Shown here: piece after piece, positions 59,188-64,000 of the stretch | How the letters are laid out: every line of letters starts with the position of its first letter | Numbering within the stretch: the stretch's first letter is position 1 | Assembly (NCBI GenBank): GCA_004764695.1 | Contig: SMSO01000025.1 | Coordinates: 3,720,001-3,784,000, forward strand | DNA from: Schizochytrium sp. TIO01 | Taxonomy: Eukaryota; Protista; Bigyra: Labyrinthulomycetes | DNA: 64,000 nt | Direction: 5' to 3' | Made by a program: the position numbers and the translations under genes | Notes under the pieces: generated by a model | What the model saw: the letters and a program-made list of their open reading frames with translations, nothing else | Told to the model about the DNA's origin: nothing | Database searches by the model: none

Positions 59188-62100
59188 AGCATCACACCGA
59201 CTCGCTGCGTCTTTGCAAAATATAAATGAATGAACATGATGCGGTTCAATACTTGATTGATACCGTGTTAACTAGTCAAGGAATTTGTCCAAGATTCTAC
59301 TACTCTAAGCACTCGTCTATAAAAGTGTCGGTTATGAAAATCGTCTCTCCAACATCACAAATTCTCTCTCGCCAGGTTGGATGCTATAAAGAAGTCCTTG
59401 CGCGCTTCCGCTAGCGCCGTGCACAGAAAGTAGCGCGCGTGCCATCCATCTTGCGTTCGGATGGCCTACGCGTTCCAAGGTAGCCCCTTCCAGGGAAGGA
59501 GAGACGCGTCGCCTAAAATTACCGCACATGAGAGCGCCTCAGAGCGAGTCATTGCACCCTCAACAGCCCACTTTTACGCGTGCTGTTGAGAAACCTCGAC
59601 GCCCTTTTAGCTTTCCCATTTAGAGGTCTCCAATCAGGCAGACATCCATCTTCGATGCTCAAGCCACCCTAACCTAGTGCTCACCGCGACATAGCGCGTG
59701 TCCCAGCATTTGTCAAGGCAGAAGAGCACATACTGTTTCGTCGCCATAAATTATAAATTGATGTCACTCACTGCTAAGTCCACAAAATAGAATCCTCGCC
59801 GTAGATATCCACGTTTGAGCCACCGCGAGACGTCCACCCTCTCGTCGTCCACAGAAATCAAAAACAGATCAAGCGCAAGTCAACTCGAACCAAACAAATC
59901 GACGTGCAACCTAAACACAAAAACACGAAACAAAGAGACACGCCCACACCGAGTCTTAACCTACTCGAGCTCGTCCGCGCTTTGCAGATATGCTTCGCAC
60001 GCAGACAAAACAAACTGATTAAAACTCAGAATTAAAGGCGGCAAATGCCACGTGAATTTAATGTCTTCCAGCCAGTCGATACAAAACAGGCCTTCTTGTC
60101 CAAAGACAGGCAAATTTGACGCAACTCTGGCCAACAGCTGCCGGTTGCCGGACGCCACCCTGAGCAAAGGCAGGTCTACGGACCAGAGCACAGCAACGGA
60201 GCGAGAAGACGGCAAGGACTCGCCAGCTATGAATCAAAGTGCCTTTTAATAAGGTCGAATAATAACAAGGCGTGCCCGCGTGGCGCTCCCGACCAGTAGT
60301 TGCCGATGATCTGCTGCGACGCTCCTGCCGGGGGTGGCGGGGTAGCGAGGCGGCGGGGGTCGGCGCGGTAGGGAGTCCGGAGGTCAGCCGCGCTGTTTGA
60401 AGGCTAAGGCGCGGCGCGGTCGAAGCAAGCCCGCCGCGCAAACCTAGATAGCTCTGGCGCGCTCGCTCGCTCGCTCAGGCTTTCTGTCTGTCTGCCTTCT
60501 TTTCTTTCCTTCTTTCTTTCTTCGGTCTTCTTTCTTTCTTCTTTCCCGCTCTGTTTCAAACTGTTACTAAAACTATGGTTTCAAAGAGTTTTTCATTTGT
60601 ATTTTTCTTCAGACTAAAACTCTTTATTTTTCTTCCGACTGAACTGGAAGAACATATCGACTCACTGTTTATATTTTTCAAAATTAATATCATATTTAAT
60701 GTATTTTATTTTACCCAACACCGCTCTTCCTACTCATATCCCTATACGTTTCCTTACATAAGGGCTGTACATATTCTATGTTTTAAAATGTTTTACTTTA
60801 ATGAAATAATTTTATTTCTTTTCTTCTTCTTCTTTTATAACAAAGAAATAGCATTTTAAGTAATAAATGTATCAGGATAAAATACAACACGAAACAAGAG
60901 TGTTTCCATGTTTTCTTTCTATAAAAAGTGGTAGATAGAAAGGCACACCTACCTACTTAACAAGATGTGTAAATTGCACCATCTTGCCAGAGTTCAAATG
61001 ATTGTACTCCACGTTTGCAATTGTCCTCAGGCTGGATCTATATTGTTTAAAATCTCGAACTGCAATCGAAAAGAACTAGAATTGCGAAAAGAATTTGAAT
61101 TGCGAAAAAAAATAAACTAAAAAAACTAGAATTTCGAAAACTTGGAATTTCAAGGAATTTGAATTCAAATTGAATTAAGATCTAATAGAGCAAAAGGTAT
61201 TCCAAACCCCAAATAAGAATAGCACAGCTTTGTGCTAATGCACCTGTTCATTCACAGGAACCCTGCATATCATAGCTTTTGATGTTCTTGTGATTGATTT
61301 TATCTTTGGTATTTCCATTCTACAGGGTCCTTGGTGGCCCGTTTGCTCGAGATTAACAGGCATTGTCACGCTCACCTAGTGTAGTAGTGCATTCCGAGTC
61401 CCACGCTATTCTTCAAAACTCTTACATGGCTGGCGCGGATACCAGTATACTAGAGAGCGCATACGAATGCGAAGATCACGATGGTTCATTTCTTCTTTTT
61501 TCTCAATCCTTCGGGAACGTAGCTTTCATTGGTCTTACAGGTGAAAACGAGCGAAAGAAACCAAAGCAGCAAGGGCTGTTCATTCAGGCTTGCCGCCACG
61601 ATAAGCTCGTCTCCGTCGCAGGCTTGGGCCGTCCAGGACCAAGACCATGACTTGATTCAATGCTGTCGCCGTGGCGTGAATTTCAAGAACGCCATCTTTC
61701 AATTGGAGCTTTGTAATTCACCGTTTGCAACACGAGAAGGGAAAGGAGATTTCAAATTCTAATTTGGTTGTCATTTTTTCTTAGTTCACTTAGTATCAAC
61801 CAGCACCTAATAGCGCGTACATAGCATTGCCTAACCTACCTCCTCCTTCTTTCTCTTTTCTGCATCCTTTTCTGCGTCCTTTTCCTCAACCGTGCTTTCT
61901 AACAAGTTCACTCTCCCTTGCTTTTGTTACTACTGCCTATAAGTTAGTAATATTGCTACATATGGCTCGGTCATTAACTTATAGTTTCTTTAATTCTAAG
62001 ATACTAGCAGGAAGGAGGCCAACCGCTTAGAAACAGATCAGGCGCTAATAACATGAATACAACATTCAATATACTTGTTCCTCATCTTGTATCGACTATA

Positions 62101-64000
62101 ATAATGCAAAATAGCAACTTTGGAATATGTGTGTTGAATGATGGACTAAAGGGACAGCACCTTCTTTTCCTGTTCCTTTGTTCCTTTCAGTGAGGCAGTC
62201 ATTAATTTTTTTTAAGCAAGAAAGCTTACAAAAAAGAAAGAGCCTGCATTTAATTATAATAATTAAAAAAAAAAAAAAAAAAACTAGAGTATACAGCAGT
62301 GCCTACTTAGAATTTTATTATTTCTTCTTTTTTAATGTATAAATAGATAGGTTGCAGAGGAAATCCAAATATTTATGTTTTTTACTTTGTTTTAGAAACT
62401 AAGAGAGGACCGTAGTGGCGAGACCTTGGAGCGGACCATCGCTCTCGCGCTCTGTGCAAGAAAAGGTACCCGGGAGCGAGGCTTGGATAAGCGACCTCAT
62501 TAACAGCGCTCTCCCAGCCAGAGCAGTGCTGCACGGCCCTTTAGTGCACCTTCCTCCTCGCACCGAGACAGTCGCACTTTGGGCAAAAAAAAAATTAAGA
62601 CACCGCAAGCTTGTAAAAAACGACGCCAACAATTGTATTTTATCCATACTTCACGACAGAGAGTAGTAGTGTTAGTGCTATGTAGCTCTTAAACTTGTCA
62701 TATGGAAGCATATTGTATTGTATCCTGATGTATTTTTGGACAACTTCTAAATAATAAAATAACTCATTTCAACTGAATGAAAAGGTGTACAAAGTAAAAA
62801 AATCGTTTTTTTAAATAATCAATAAAACATCGAAATTCCCAGAGGCCGCGCAGAATGAAATTCCCTTCCTTTCGTATTGTATTTTGGTATTCTCGTTCGT
62901 TCCACGCGAAGGAGATACGGGAAGTGGGATATAGCCCATATAGCTCACTTGGGAGGGGTTTAGTTTCACTTTGGAAAAGGCGTGAAAGTAGCTTATAGCC
63001 CGCAAAGAGCATTTGCTGCGCGGCAAAGAGGAAGCAGCAGCAGCACCAGGAAGGAAGGAATCGCAGGAGTAAGCAACACTCCACCGAGGAAAAGTCGAGG
63101 GAGTGAGTGTCTTCTCTTCGCCAAGTGAGAGTCGATATGGCGCTCTAGCTGGTCAGCCGAGAGCTTCTGTACACCACTGTCCTCGCTGGCCCGATCCATG
63201 CTCCAGATTCCCCGCCATTTTGTAGGGACCGGTGGGCAACCAGATCGCGATTGAAGATGTGAACGCAGCGACATCAAATGGTCTCACTCGTCATGTATAT
63301 CATGGCAGCTAGGTAACCTACCTACCGAATACCATGCTACTTCTTTTTGAAGTGTTTTTTTTTTATTAATTAAAAAATAAAACCTCAATGGGGGGGAAAT
63401 GACGAAATAAAAGTTTCTAAAAACTTGAAGTACTCCTTCTTTAAAGCTAGTGTCCAAAAGGCCAAGCTCCTTCGACTTTGTTCTGGAATTAAAATACACA
63501 AACTATCTTCTTTACTCTCCTGCTAAGTAGGCACTTATCGACTAAATAACTTGAAAAGGTTTGTTTTCTTCTGCTTTGTTTAATTTATGCATAGGTTATT
63601 TTTGTCATTTATTTAACTCGGAACGATTTTTGCTTCTTGGAAAGGTAAATTCTTGTCTTTGCAACTGCAAGGTTCAAAACCAGCCGCCAAATCGCTCTCA
63701 AAACTGCAAACAAACCAATAGCTGGACGCCGTCGGCAGCTGCTCCAGACGGAAGGACAGCCGCTTTCCAAGTCCTTATTTTTCAGAGACCTCGATCGCCA
63801 CCGCTTCTTCCTCTCGGCTCCAAGTGCGCCGCGACAATGGATAAGACAAGGTGTCATTAATGCTTGCTTTTGGAAGCTGAAGCGCAAACCAGACCAGGGG
63901 TGTGCGCGCGTGACTTATAGTGTTCTGGGTGACTGACCCTTAGTGGGACGCACTGAATGGGTGGTTCTGCTAAAATCAAGGATATTCTTGCTTGGTCGAG

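Noticed and set aside
61071-61176. GAATT-rich degenerate repeats and the 16-bp palindrome AATTTGAATTCAAATT
   Set aside because: Low-complexity AT-rich sequence, with no evidence beyond chance.
61426-61449. Minus-strand YTGIRASH resembling a tyrosine-recombinase box I
   Set aside because: Short, surrounded by stops, with no HxxR or catalytic Tyr region. Chance is likely.

Overview
Eukaryotic nuclear DNA, most consistent with a thraustochytrid (labyrinthulomycete stramenopile, e.g. Aurantiochytrium). That is an inference from nearly intron-free genes, microsatellite-rich spacers, a CatSper-type channel, a CCT protein and a TTAGG repeat. Nine protein-coding genes are supported: IMPDH; a DENN/Afi1-like protein with 2 WW domains (its 31-nt first exon is missed by the ORF track); a class I heme peroxidase; DNA polymerase alpha catalytic subunit; a Shewanella-like phosphatase; an orphan tail-hydrophobic protein; a single-domain CatSper-like channel; a TBC-ankyrin-Zn-finger protein; and a 1499-aa CCT protein. 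A ~26.5 kb gene-free, microsatellite-dense block (20.3-46.9 kb) splits the window. No rRNA, tRNA, CRISPR or intact mobile element is supported, and I see no multi-gene novel system. The best leads are: (1) Pol alpha has lost all four cysteines of its second C-terminal metal site (CysB); (2) the channel has a natural TLDDWSD Ca2+-type filter; (3) a perfect 35-bp-arm hairpin in the desert and a ~140-bp-arm foldback upstream of the CCT gene; (4) quasi-periodic (~190 bp) GTAG/CTAC patches and a recurring TAGGCAC dyad motif; (5) an 11-aa beta-meander repeat in the CCT protein.
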